From NCBI GenBank assembly GCA_030066885.1, contig JASJAT010000052.1:1-60405 (forward strand): 60,405 nucleotides of DNA, read 5' to 3'. Source of the DNA: Arenicellales bacterium. GTDB taxonomy: Bacteria; Pseudomonadota; Gammaproteobacteria; Arenicellales; JAANXG01. The position numbers and the translations under genes were made by a program. Below, in pieces: positions 1 to 8,536 of the stretch. The notes under the pieces were generated by a model. The model was not told the DNA's origin. It worked only from the letters and a program-made list of their open reading frames with translations, and made no database searches. The number at the start of each line of letters is the position of its first letter. Positions within the stretch are counted from its first letter, which is position 1.

Positions 1-3
1 CCC

Positions 4-28
4 GAAAATCCCTGTGTCGGCAGTTCGA
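4..28 (+). other. tRNA-Phe(GAA)-like fragment (anticodon loop to T-loop), not a complete tRNA
   Basis: GAAAATCCCTGTGTCGGCAGTTCGA resembles the anticodon-variable-T-arm part of bacterial tRNA-Phe. It then diverges (AAAATCGG), with no 3' T-stem, acceptor stem or CCA. It lies at the window edge. Confidence 0.5.
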
Positions 29-191
29 AAAATCGGTTTAGTGACAGTTAATTCATGGCGCAAGCACTGCGCATTTATTAAGTATTCCTCAAACCCTCAT
101 GTATGACTTAGCAGTCGAATTCAGATGGTATTGTCAGTAGTTAGAAAGACGACTTTCCAGTCGCTTGCCAGTGACTCACACCCACCTTGGG

Positions 192-220
192 TTGACATCT
201 AACGGCCAACATTGGAAAAT
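192..220 (+). promoter_or_regulatory. putative sigma70 promoter of phaP
   Basis: TTGACA (192-197), 17-nt spacer, GAAAAT (215-220); 40 nt upstream of the phaP ATG. Confidence 0.45.
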
Positions 221-234
221 GTTGCAGTGCAACA
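220..234. promoter_or_regulatory. PhaR-type operator
   Basis: Perfect palindrome TGTTGCA-G-TGCAACA abutting the putative -10 of phaP. The TGC-N3-GCA core is typical of PhaR sites. Confidence 0.7.
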
Positions 235-260
235 ATTATGGTCTTTTACGGAGAAACAAA

Positions 261-731
261 ATGTCTGCAAAAAACCAAAACCCTTTTGATTTTTCAGAGT
301 ATTTTGCCCAGATCGATCCCACGTCAGTACTCAAGGAATGGCAGAAGATGCTTAACGCAAGCGGCCTACCCACGGTAGATCATAGTGCCCTGTTCGAGAC
401 CCAGAGCAAGAATCTGTATGCATTGATTGCCGCTAATCAATCAGTGATGGCCGGTGCCCGTAATCTCATGCAACGTCAAGGTGAGCTTTTGCAGGAGGCT
501 TTTGCGGAAGCGAATCGCACCATCCAGGATATGGGTAAAATCAGCGACCCAGCAGAGGCCGCCGAAAAGCAAGCCGAAATGGTAAAAGCAGCGTGCGACA
601 AGGCGCTGGCGAACTTCACCGAAATCAGTGATATGGTAGCGAAAAACTATCAGGAAGCAGCCGAAACCATCAATCAGCGATTTAGCGAATCTTTGAACGA
701 GATTAAAAACGCTATTACTGAGAACAAGTAG
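261..731 (+). CDS. phaP: phasin (PHA granule-associated protein)
   Basis: Ala/Gln/Glu-rich helical protein (Q.KNL.AL.AANQ....GA..L..RQ.E) directly upstream of phaC. Start moved to ATG 261, after the GGAGA RBS. Confidence 0.85.
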   Translation: MSAKNQNPFDFSEYFAQIDPTSVLKEWQKMLNASGLPTVDHSALFETQSKNLYALIAANQSVMAGARNLMQRQGELLQEAFAEANRTIQDMGKISDPAEAAEKQAEMVKAACDKALANFTEISDMVAKNYQEAAETINQRFSESLNEIKNAITENK

Positions 732-865
732 CATCGGGATCATAAATACATCCCTGTTGGCAGACGACGCCTAGGATGGCGATTGAGCGCCGCAACCGAA
801 TGGTGGTCCACGTCTGTCAAAGGGGGTATGACGGGCAAGAGAGAAGCTGAAGACCAACACGAATC

Positions 866-2656
866 ATGACAAATACCCGCGATACAGATTCTCAATCTCC
901 CGACTATAGCGACCTAGTCGGAGAGTTGGCTGCCAATTTTACAGCTTGTCAGAAAGTTATGGCAGATTTCACCGAGGCTTACAAAAACATGGAAGTAGAT
1001 CCGCTCAATCTACGTGGCGCCTACGCCCACTGGTTGGTTGAAACTGCTAAAAACCCACTCCATCTGCTCGGTGCCGGGTTGAACTACTGGCAGGACGCCA
1101 TGAAGCTCTATGGGCAATCGATGTCGAGGTTGGGGAACGTCAAAACCGATCCGGTAATAGAACCGGCGAAAGACGACAGGCGATTCAACGATGAGGCCTG
1201 GCTAGAGAACCCGCTCTATGATTTCGTCAAGCAATCCTATTTGCTGAGCGCTAAGTGGATGCGCGAAGTCGCAAACCACAATAATCCTGCGGATGAAAAA
1301 ATTGCAAAGAAAGTGGCATTCTTTACTGAACGCTACGTAGAAGCGCTGTCACCTACCAACTTCGTGCTGAGCAATCCCGCGGTGCTGGAAAAAACTCTGG
1401 AGACCAAGGGTGCAAATCTGGTCATGGGTCTTAAAAACATGCTGCAGGACCTGGAGCGCGGGAACGGTCAACTCCGCATCCGTATGACTGACGAGGATGC
1501 TTTCGAACTGGGGGTAAACGTGGCTACAACACCCGGTAAAGTGGTGTTTCAGAACCGGATGATGCAGCTCATCCAATATTTACCCTCGACGGAAAAAGTA
1601 TTCAAGCGCCCGCTGTTGGTGGTACCTCCATGGATCAACAAGTTTTACATCATGGACCTACAGCCGAAGAACTCACTAATAAAGTGGCTAATCGATCAGG
1701 GTCACACGGTGTTTGTCATCTCTTGGGTCAATCCCGATGAGAGTTATCGAGATACGCCATTCGATGCTTATCTTTTAGAGGGCACTATTGCCGCCCTGGA
1801 GGCAATCGAGTCGGCGACCGGAGAAAGCACCGTCAATGCCATCGGCTACTGTATCGGCGGCACATTGCTGGCGATGACGCTGGGTTATGAAACTGCCCAC
1901 CGTCGCCCCCGCATCAAGAGCGCCACCTTTTTGACCACTATGCTAGATTTTTCCGATCCCGGTGACCTTGGTGTATTCGTCGACGAAGGTCAGGTGTCGG
2001 CGCTCAACGAAAAGATGGTGGAAAAAGGTTATCTTGACGGCAGTTCAATGGCCACTACCTTCAATCTGCTGCGAGCCAACGATTTAATCTGGTCTTTCTT
2101 CGTCAATAACTATCTGCTAGGCAACGATCCAAAACCCTTCGACTTGTTGTACTGGAATTCGGACTCCACTCGCATGCCAGCCAATATGCACAACTGGTAC
2201 CTGACCAATTTGTACATCAAGAATCTATTGAAGGAACCAGGGGGGGTTGCATTGGATGATACCGCGATCGATCTGACCGAGGTCCAAACACCGGTATGTT
2301 TTGTTTCGACCGTGGATGATCATATTGCACCGTGGCTTTCCACCTATGCAGGTGCTCAGTTGTTTGCGGGGCCGGTCAAGTTTATTTTGGGCGGTTCCGG
2401 GCACATCGCCGGGATAATCAACCCACCGGCAAACAATAAGTACGGTTACCGCTCTACCGACGAACCTCCCACCGACCCTGTCGCTTGGGCAGAAAAGGCG
2501 GACAAACACGAAGGGTCTTGGTGGCCCGAATGGGCACACTGGGCAAAACACCGAGGCGGAGACCAAATACCTGCGCGTATGCCGGGTGACGGCGAACTCG
2601 AGGTTCTGGAAGACGCGCCCGGATCTTACGTCAAGGTCAGATCTTTAGATGTCTGA
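866..2656 (+). CDS. phaC: class I poly(3-hydroxyalkanoate) synthase
   Basis: PPWINKFYIMDL, lipase box GYCIGG, DHIAPW, SGHIAG, GSWWPEW; 596 aa. Confidence 0.97.
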   Translation: MTNTRDTDSQSPDYSDLVGELAANFTACQKVMADFTEAYKNMEVDPLNLRGAYAHWLVETAKNPLHLLGAGLNYWQDAMKLYGQSMSRLGNVKTDPVIEPAKDDRRFNDEAWLENPLYDFVKQSYLLSAKWMREVANHNNPADEKIAKKVAFFTERYVEALSPTNFVLSNPAVLEKTLETKGANLVMGLKNMLQDLERGNGQLRIRMTDEDAFELGVNVATTPGKVVFQNRMMQLIQYLPSTEKVFKRPLLVVPPWINKFYIMDLQPKNSLIKWLIDQGHTVFVISWVNPDESYRDTPFDAYLLEGTIAALEAIESATGESTVNAIGYCIGGTLLAMTLGYETAHRRPRIKSATFLTTMLDFSDPGDLGVFVDEGQVSALNEKMVEKGYLDGSSMATTFNLLRANDLIWSFFVNNYLLGNDPKPFDLLYWNSDSTRMPANMHNWYLTNLYIKNLLKEPGGVALDDTAIDLTEVQTPVCFVSTVDDHIAPWLSTYAGAQLFAGPVKFILGGSGHIAGIINPPANNKYGYRSTDEPPTDPVAWAEKADKHEGSWWPEWAHWAKHRGGDQIPARMPGDGELEVLEDAPGSYVKVRSLDV

Positions 2657-2691
2657 CCCCCTAACAACACATTTTAAACGAGGAGCAAAAA

Positions 2692-3879
2692 ATGACAGGC
2701 GAACGTGAAGTAGTTGTATTGAGTGGCGTGCGTACTGCGATTGGTGATTACGGTGGGGCACTGAAAGACCAGAGCCCGATCCAGCTGGCTGCAGAGGTGA
2801 TCCGTGAAGCCGTATCCCGGGCCAAGGTAGATGCAGGCGACATTGGGGCGTGTGTGATGGGTAACGTGATTCATACCGAGCCCCGAGATATGTATCTCTC
2901 CCGCGTCGCGGCCCTCGAAGGGGGTTTGTCACAGGACAGCCAAGCATTCACTCTCAACCGACTTTGCGGTAGCGGGATGCAGGCAATTGTATCCGCGGCG
3001 CAGCAGATCCTGCTCGGAGACGTAGATGCAGCCGTCGCTGGCGGTGCGGAATCTATGAGCCGCGGTGGTTATATGATGCCGAGTGCCCGTTGGGGCCAGC
3101 GCATGGGCGACGGCAGCATGGTCGATATGATGGTGGGAGCGCTAACCGATCCTTTCGATACCGTCCATATGGGCATCACTGCCGAAAACATCGCGGAAAA
3201 GTGGGACATCAAGCGTGAAGATCAAGACGCTCTGGCGGTGGAGAGTCACAAGCGGGCCGCTAGCGCCGCTGAACAAGGATACTTCAAAGAGCAGATACTG
3301 CCTTACGAAATCAAGACGCGCAAAGGCACCAACGTTTTCGACGCTGATGAACACATACGTGCTGACGCGAGCGTTGAAGGCATGGCCAAACTGCGGGCGG
3401 TATTCAAGAAGGATGGCAGCGTCACTGCCGGCAACGCCTCCGGGATCAATGACGCTGCTGCAGCGATTGTGCTGATGGAACGCAGCGTAGCGGAACAAAA
3501 GGGTTTGCAGCCCGCGATGCGTTTAGTCGGCTATGCGCTGGCTGGAGTTGACCCCAAGTACATGGGCATTGGTCCAGTACCGGCGATCAACAATGTACTG
3601 AATCGTACCGGGTTGTCCGTTTCAGATATGGACGTGATCGAACTCAATGAAGCGTTTGCCGCGCAGGCGCTGGCGGTATGTAGAGACCTGGATCTGCCGT
3701 CGGATAGAACAAATCCCAACGGCAGCGGCATATCGCTCGGACATCCTATCGGAGCCACCGGCACGATTTTGACCGTGAAAACCCTGTATGAACTACAGCG
3801 AACCGGCGGCAGATACGGCTTGGTCAGCATGTGCATTGGTGGCGGTCAGGGGATCGCCGCGGTTTTTGAACGCATCTAG
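2692..3879 (+). CDS. bktB: beta-ketothiolase (acetyl-CoA C-acyltransferase, BktB type)
   Basis: NRLCGSG, NEAFA, GHPIGATG, CIGGGQG; BktB-like N-terminus REVVVLSGVRTAIGDYGG. Confidence 0.9.
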   Translation: MTGEREVVVLSGVRTAIGDYGGALKDQSPIQLAAEVIREAVSRAKVDAGDIGACVMGNVIHTEPRDMYLSRVAALEGGLSQDSQAFTLNRLCGSGMQAIVSAAQQILLGDVDAAVAGGAESMSRGGYMMPSARWGQRMGDGSMVDMMVGALTDPFDTVHMGITAENIAEKWDIKREDQDALAVESHKRAASAAEQGYFKEQILPYEIKTRKGTNVFDADEHIRADASVEGMAKLRAVFKKDGSVTAGNASGINDAAAAIVLMERSVAEQKGLQPAMRLVGYALAGVDPKYMGIGPVPAINNVLNRTGLSVSDMDVIELNEAFAAQALAVCRDLDLPSDRTNPNGSGISLGHPIGATGTILTVKTLYELQRTGGRYGLVSMCIGGGQGIAAVFERI

Positions 3880-3893
3880 CCAGATTTTTAAAT

Positions 3894-4032
3894 CGAGTTG
3901 CAGTGGCACGGAGGAACCCGGGGAATAGGTGAGGCTATTTCTATAGCTTCGGAAGACGCTGGCTATAAAGCCGCGAACTCCCGAGGAAACGAAGAACGCG
4001 CCAAGGAACTCAGTGACAGAACCGGGATTCCG
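3894..4032 (+). pseudogene. phaB: 5' relic of acetoacetyl-CoA reductase
   Basis: Reads RVAV, then after a frameshift GGTRGIGEAISIASEDAGYKAANSRGNEERAKELSDRTGIP, which matches the PhaB N-terminus. No start codon, and the rest of the gene is missing. It occupies the canonical position after the thiolase. Confidence 0.8.
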
Positions 4033-4083
4033 CTGTGTCCCTGCAGGCTGATCTGCTAGATAACTATCCGCGATTGGACGAAG

Positions 4084-4371
4084 CTAAGCTTCAGCCGTAC
4101 TCAGCGACTTCGGGCCTTCGGGGTGGGTGGCGATGAAGTGTTTCAACACCTTCCGGAGCCGCTCTACTTCTTTGTCGTTGCCGTGAGATCTGGCCTCCTC
4201 GATATCGTCGAGGATGATTCTGCGCAGGTGAGGCACACCATTTTCACAGTGAATAAGATACTCCCCGAGTTCGGCAGCAATGATTTCCGGCACGTGTTCG
4301 TGCTGCGCGATCGCTTTGATTTCCTCTTCCGTGAGTTCACACATGCCAATGCAGTCTTGTAGTGTAAGCAT
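4084..4371 (-). CDS. small hypothetical protein (95 aa)
   Basis: Compact helical ORF (DCIGMCELTEEEIKAIAQHEHVPEIIAAELG) with a well-positioned upstream promoter. Confidence 0.75.
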   Translation of the reverse strand: MLTLQDCIGMCELTEEEIKAIAQHEHVPEIIAAELGEYLIHCENGVPHLRRIILDDIEEARSHGNDKEVERLRKVLKHFIATHPEGPKSLSTAEA

Positions 4372-4397
4372 AACGTCTGGTTCGATTCGTTTTTCTT

Positions 4398-4439
4398 AGA
4401 ATAATACCCCGCGCCGAAATTTGCGTTGACTTGGATCAA
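4398..4439 (-). promoter_or_regulatory. FNR/CRP-family class II promoter for ORF 4084..4371
   Basis: TTGAC-TTGG-ATCAA at 4426-4439 (1 mismatch to TTGAT-N4-ATCAA). Minus-strand TATTCT at 4403-4398 lies where a -10 is expected for a -41.5 site. Confidence 0.65.
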
Positions 4440-4606
4440 AGGTAGCCGACCATCCGGATGTGGGGTCATTTTTCACTCAACAACCAGCCCCATCGCTGAT
4501 GGCCCCAAGTTGAGTGACTCAAAATTACCCTTGAGGTGATCTTCACACCTGGGCATCACGGCGCATCTGACAAAGAGAGGATTTTAGGCCCAAAACTGAT
4601 CCAAAT

Positions 4607-4621
4607 TGCTGCAATGCAGCA
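4607..4621. promoter_or_regulatory. second PhaR-type operator
   Basis: Perfect palindrome TGCTGCA-A-TGCAGCA about 65 nt upstream of the SDR start. Confidence 0.65.
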
Positions 4622-4687
4622 TAAATGGGTATATAATTATTGGGGGCGAAACCTTGTATTTCCTGACCTACTAGAGAGGAAATCGAA

Positions 4688-5506
4688 ATGATAATCAACG
4701 ATAAGGTTGCGGTGGTAACCGGCGCCGCGAGTGGAATAGGGCTGGCTTTGTGTGAAGAACTGATTGCACGCGGGGTATTGGCCGTTGCCCTGGTTGACAT
4801 GAGCGATACCGTCTTCGAAGCAGCCGAAAAACTAAACCAGGGTGCGCCTAAAAAACCCGCCAGACCATATCAAGGAGACGTCACCGATCACGATTTTCGT
4901 AAACAGGTGTTCGACGATTTGTGTGACAATTTCGACACGGTGAACATCTGCGTCCCGGCTGCGGGAATTTTCCGTGACCGGATGGCTGTGAAGATAGACA
5001 AGGCAACAGGTGAACCCGACATATATCCGCTGGACACCTTTTACAAAGTCTTGGACGTTAACTTAATACACCCGATCTACTGGTCTATGGAGATGGTGGC
5101 GCGGGTGGCACAGCACCGCTATCGCAACGGTCTTAAAAAGTGGCATCCGAACGAGCTAATTCAGGGTTCCATAGTTTTCATTGGCTCCGTTGCATCCCAA
5201 GGAAACAAAGGACAGATATCCTACGCGACGACCAAGGCGGGCCTGGAAGGTGCGGCAACCACATTGATGAAGGAGTCAATGTATCACGGCGTACGCACCG
5301 CGGTTATTCATCCAGGCTTTGTAGATACTCCAATACTACAGGGTATGCCGGAAGGTTATATCGATAATTACATCTTACCCGACACGCAGCTTGGGCGATT
5401 GATCAAACCGGAAGAAATCGCCGACGCGATCTGCTTTCTCATCTCTAATTCTGCAGTGAGTGGTGAACTTTGGGCTGACGCCGGTTGGCATCCACCGGCC
5501 AACTAG
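4688..5506 (+). CDS. SDR oxidoreductase, FabG/3-oxoacyl-CoA reductase-like
   Basis: TGAASGIG, AAGIFRD, GQISYATTK (YxxxK), HPGFVDTP; Asp after beta2 (VDM) suggests NAD(H). Confidence 0.85.
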   Translation: MIINDKVAVVTGAASGIGLALCEELIARGVLAVALVDMSDTVFEAAEKLNQGAPKKPARPYQGDVTDHDFRKQVFDDLCDNFDTVNICVPAAGIFRDRMAVKIDKATGEPDIYPLDTFYKVLDVNLIHPIYWSMEMVARVAQHRYRNGLKKWHPNELIQGSIVFIGSVASQGNKGQISYATTKAGLEGAATTLMKESMYHGVRTAVIHPGFVDTPILQGMPEGYIDNYILPDTQLGRLIKPEEIADAICFLISNSAVSGELWADAGWHPPAN

Positions 5507-5509
5507 CCT

Positions 5510-5546
5510 GCGGGACCAGGCGGGTTAAGGTCACCTGGTCCTGTTT
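5510..5546 (+). terminator. hairpin, probable terminator
   Basis: GCGGGACCAGG...CCTGGTCCTGT-TT immediately after the SDR stop. Confidence 0.45.
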
Positions 5547-5661
5547 CGGGACTTAAAGCAATCAGCAAGCGTTTTTTCGACGTTGTAGATTCGAACTTTC
5601 ACACCATCTATCTTGTGTGTATCGATACCAGCATAAAAGGCTGACGGTGTACTAAATGTGT

Positions 5662-6726
5662 CTATGCGCCCTTCTGAACCGACAAGACGGTAAATCCCTC
5701 TCCAATGATCGCTCGCCCAATTTCTCCATCGAAACCTGCATTTCGAAGGAGTAATTCTTGCTCCTCGCGGGTGGGGACAACATTGCCCCAGGTCAATTCC
5801 TCAAATCCCGTCTGTACTGGAAATAAAAATTCTTTCATACGTGATTCTTCCAAGGTGCCTGGATAGGTTTCGTCTATGATCAGGAGCCACCCCCCAGGCC
5901 GTAGTGCTCGATGACAGCCATCTACTACTGACTGCCGGAATTGGGGTTCGATTTCGTGCAAAACCTCGATCATAACCACCGCATCTACAGAGTCTGCATC
6001 CACCGCCTCGGCGATGTCTGCCTCAATCAGAGATACTCGATCCGCAACCCCAGCCTTCTCCAAAGCAGTATTTGCAGCTTTCATGCCCGTTGGATCTATA
6101 TCCACACCAATGCACTGCGCTTTTGGAAAAGCTTTGGTGAGTTGGATGAGATGCTGTCCAGTACCACAACCGACTTCGAGAATGGATCCACCTGCGTCTA
6201 AGCGTTCCTGGAGTCCTGGAAGTTCAGGCAATAGCTTTTTTGCACTGAGCACCTGCAGTCCGGCTGTACTCTCCGCTATGACATCAGCAAAGGTTTCGCT
6301 ACGGCCTTGAAATGGGACGATCTCACCAGTTCGAAACGCCTCAAGGCAATAGCGATGATCTTCCGTTGCGAACTCTGTCCCTAATCGGACGTAACCACCC
6401 AGATAGCGTGGATGTTTAGAATTAGCCAATATCTGGTCCATATAAGGAGCGAGCCGAAATGAACGATCTTCATTTCCCTCAAGAAGCCCAAAGGAATAGG
6501 CCGTAGTGCACCAAGTCTCAACATATTGCGTGTGCAGATCCAGCGCCTGTGCGACATCCGACGCTTTAGCATCGGGAGTCTCGGCTAGCGCCTTGAACAG
6601 TCCCAATCGAATCCCTAAATCGATCAAGTGCATCGCATTAAATCCACGGCGCCATTCGAAAATCTTGGCAACCTGATCGTCAGCGGTGATGTCTTTGATT
6701 TCTCTAGATGATTTTTCTTTTGACAT
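5662..6726 (-). CDS. class I SAM-dependent methyltransferase with N-terminal winged helix
   Basis: ILEVGCGTG, GVDID, EVLHE, ALRPGGWLLI; N-terminal IDLGIRLGLF...YVETWC. Confidence 0.85.
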   Translation of the reverse strand: MSKEKSSREIKDITADDQVAKIFEWRRGFNAMHLIDLGIRLGLFKALAETPDAKASDVAQALDLHTQYVETWCTTAYSFGLLEGNEDRSFRLAPYMDQILANSKHPRYLGGYVRLGTEFATEDHRYCLEAFRTGEIVPFQGRSETFADVIAESTAGLQVLSAKKLLPELPGLQERLDAGGSILEVGCGTGQHLIQLTKAFPKAQCIGVDIDPTGMKAANTALEKAGVADRVSLIEADIAEAVDADSVDAVVMIEVLHEIEPQFRQSVVDGCHRALRPGGWLLIIDETYPGTLEESRMKEFLFPVQTGFEELTWGNVVPTREEQELLLRNAGFDGEIGRAIIGEGFTVLSVQKGA

Positions 6727-7155
6727 GAATCCTCCCTCCCAGGGTCATTAAAAGAGAGTGACGGCGAGCAATACTAGCTAATAACACTAGCGCAAAGCCA
6801 TTATTACGTTTTTAACTCGCTATGGAATCCTAGACAGCAGGAAGTAAAGACTATAGGCAGATCCCAATTCCACAGATTGATCTGGTATGACCTAACCAGA
6901 AGTAGATAATCCACGTATCTCTTTTGTTAGACGTTCATGTCGGCGAAGCAACTGAATGAGCCTGCTAATTCTCAATTAAAATAGAAGGTTATCATTGGTC
7001 ACACGTCTAGGCAGCTCGGGCTTGCGTGTGGAATTTTCAGAAAAATTTTTGTATGGCCCCCTAGAAATTAGTTGCTTGTATCGCAACGGCAGTTCGCCCA
7101 GACTTTCGTCTTGGCAATATAAGCCGAATTTACCTATTGAGGAGCTTGATCGTTT

Positions 7156-7950
7156 ATGTTGACTTCCAATCCTTTTTCCGAGCTTGCAGTATCAATTTCC
7201 CCGGGGGTTATGCAAGCCTACGTCTTTCTGGCGTTACTGCTGGTGATCGGCGGCACCATTTTTGACGTGATTCACAAAGGGAGCGCCAAGTATTTCTTCG
7301 AGAATATGCAGCGATCCAAGAAGCGAGGGGGACGAACCGTCGAGGGCGGCGAGAAAGTTGCGATCGCCGTCAAGACCATCACCCACGATGTCCTGGCCAC
7401 AAGCGAGTTGGGCAATTCAAATCGTCGCATCGCCCATTTGTTGGGTATGTACGGATTCATCCTGTTTGTCATCAGCACTGTAGTGATGATCTTCTCCTAT
7501 CCCACTGCCGGAGATGCTACGCCGGTGATTTGGCCACTGCTATGGCACCTTGGCGCACTGATGGTCTGCGCCGGTGGCTACTGGTTCTGGTTTGTCATGC
7601 GTGTAGATGTTGCGGCGGAAGGTGCCTCGCCATTCAAGCTGATGAAAGCGGATTTATTTGTCCTCTCGTTGGTGGCGACGACTACGTTCGCCCTGCTGTG
7701 GTCGTTCTTTCAGGCAGTCGGCGCCTCGGGACTGGCCGTATTCTTTTTCGTGCTGTTTGTCATTGCGGCCACGATCCTGTTTGGCGGTATTCCCTGGTCC
7801 AAGTTTGCCCACATGTTTTTCAAGCCAGCGGCAGCTTTCGAAAAACGATTGTCGGAAGCAGACGGTTCCATGAACAATCTACCTCCGCCGGCAGAGGCGC
7901 CCGCGAAGTTTGGTCTGGGAATCGAGCGGGAGCCGGCGAGCCACTACTGA
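7156..7950 (+). CDS. aprM: APS reductase membrane anchor
   Basis: Multi-TM protein with HKGSAKYFF, RRIAHLL and WSKFAHMFFKP; directly upstream of aprBA. Confidence 0.92.
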   Translation: MLTSNPFSELAVSISPGVMQAYVFLALLLVIGGTIFDVIHKGSAKYFFENMQRSKKRGGRTVEGGEKVAIAVKTITHDVLATSELGNSNRRIAHLLGMYGFILFVISTVVMIFSYPTAGDATPVIWPLLWHLGALMVCAGGYWFWFVMRVDVAAEGASPFKLMKADLFVLSLVATTTFALLWSFFQAVGASGLAVFFFVLFVIAATILFGGIPWSKFAHMFFKPAAAFEKRLSEADGSMNNLPPPAEAPAKFGLGIEREPASHY

Positions 7951-8065
7951 TCTGTGATGGGTATGAACCAACTAGCGTCACAACAACGACTTCGAAACGA
8001 TTTATCAACTGACAGGGATCACCATACCGTCGGTTTATTCATCAATTGACAGAGTAAAAGTAACA

Positions 8066-8536
8066 ATGCCTACATTCGTATACATGACCCGCTGCGATGG
8101 CTGCGGACACTGCGTGGATATCTGCCCCTCCGATATCATGCATATCGACAAGACTTATCGGCGGGCAGTTAACATTGAACCCAACATGTGCTGGGAGTGC
8201 TATTCCTGTGTAAAGGCCTGCCCGCAGCACGCCATCGACGCCCGGGGCTACGCCGACTTTGCGCCGTTGGGCCACAGCGTAAGGGTTCGCCGAGAGGAGG
8301 AGAAGGGAATGATCTCCTGGAAAATCAAATTCCGCGACGGGCGTGAGAAAGACTTTGTTTCGCCGATCACCACTCAACCCTGGGGCGAGAAGATCCCGAA
8401 GCTCGCGGAAACCGAAGCACCTGACGACGACACCGTGAAGTCCCAGAATCTCTACTATGAGCCGCACGGCCTTGAAATCGATGGAGGGCTTCCAACGGTG
8501 CCGAAAGATAAGTTCAAACAGGGAGTGTACTACTAA
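8066..8536 (+). CDS. aprB: adenylylsulfate reductase beta subunit
   Basis: MPTFVYMTRCDGCGHCVDICP and CWECYSCVKACP (two 4Fe-4S motifs). Confidence 0.97.
   Translation: MPTFVYMTRCDGCGHCVDICPSDIMHIDKTYRRAVNIEPNMCWECYSCVKACPQHAIDARGYADFAPLGHSVRVRREEEKGMISWKIKFRDGREKDFVSPITTQPWGEKIPKLAETEAPDDDTVKSQNLYYEPHGLEIDGGLPTVPKDKFKQGVYY

Noticed and set aside
165-260. Upstream extension of phaP to TTG 165
   Set aside because: It overlaps the promoter and operator, and the RBS supports ATG 261.
3900-4060. GGA-rich tract suggesting a CsrB/RsmZ-like sRNA
   Set aside because: The GGA motifs are explained by Gly/Glu codons of the phaB relic.
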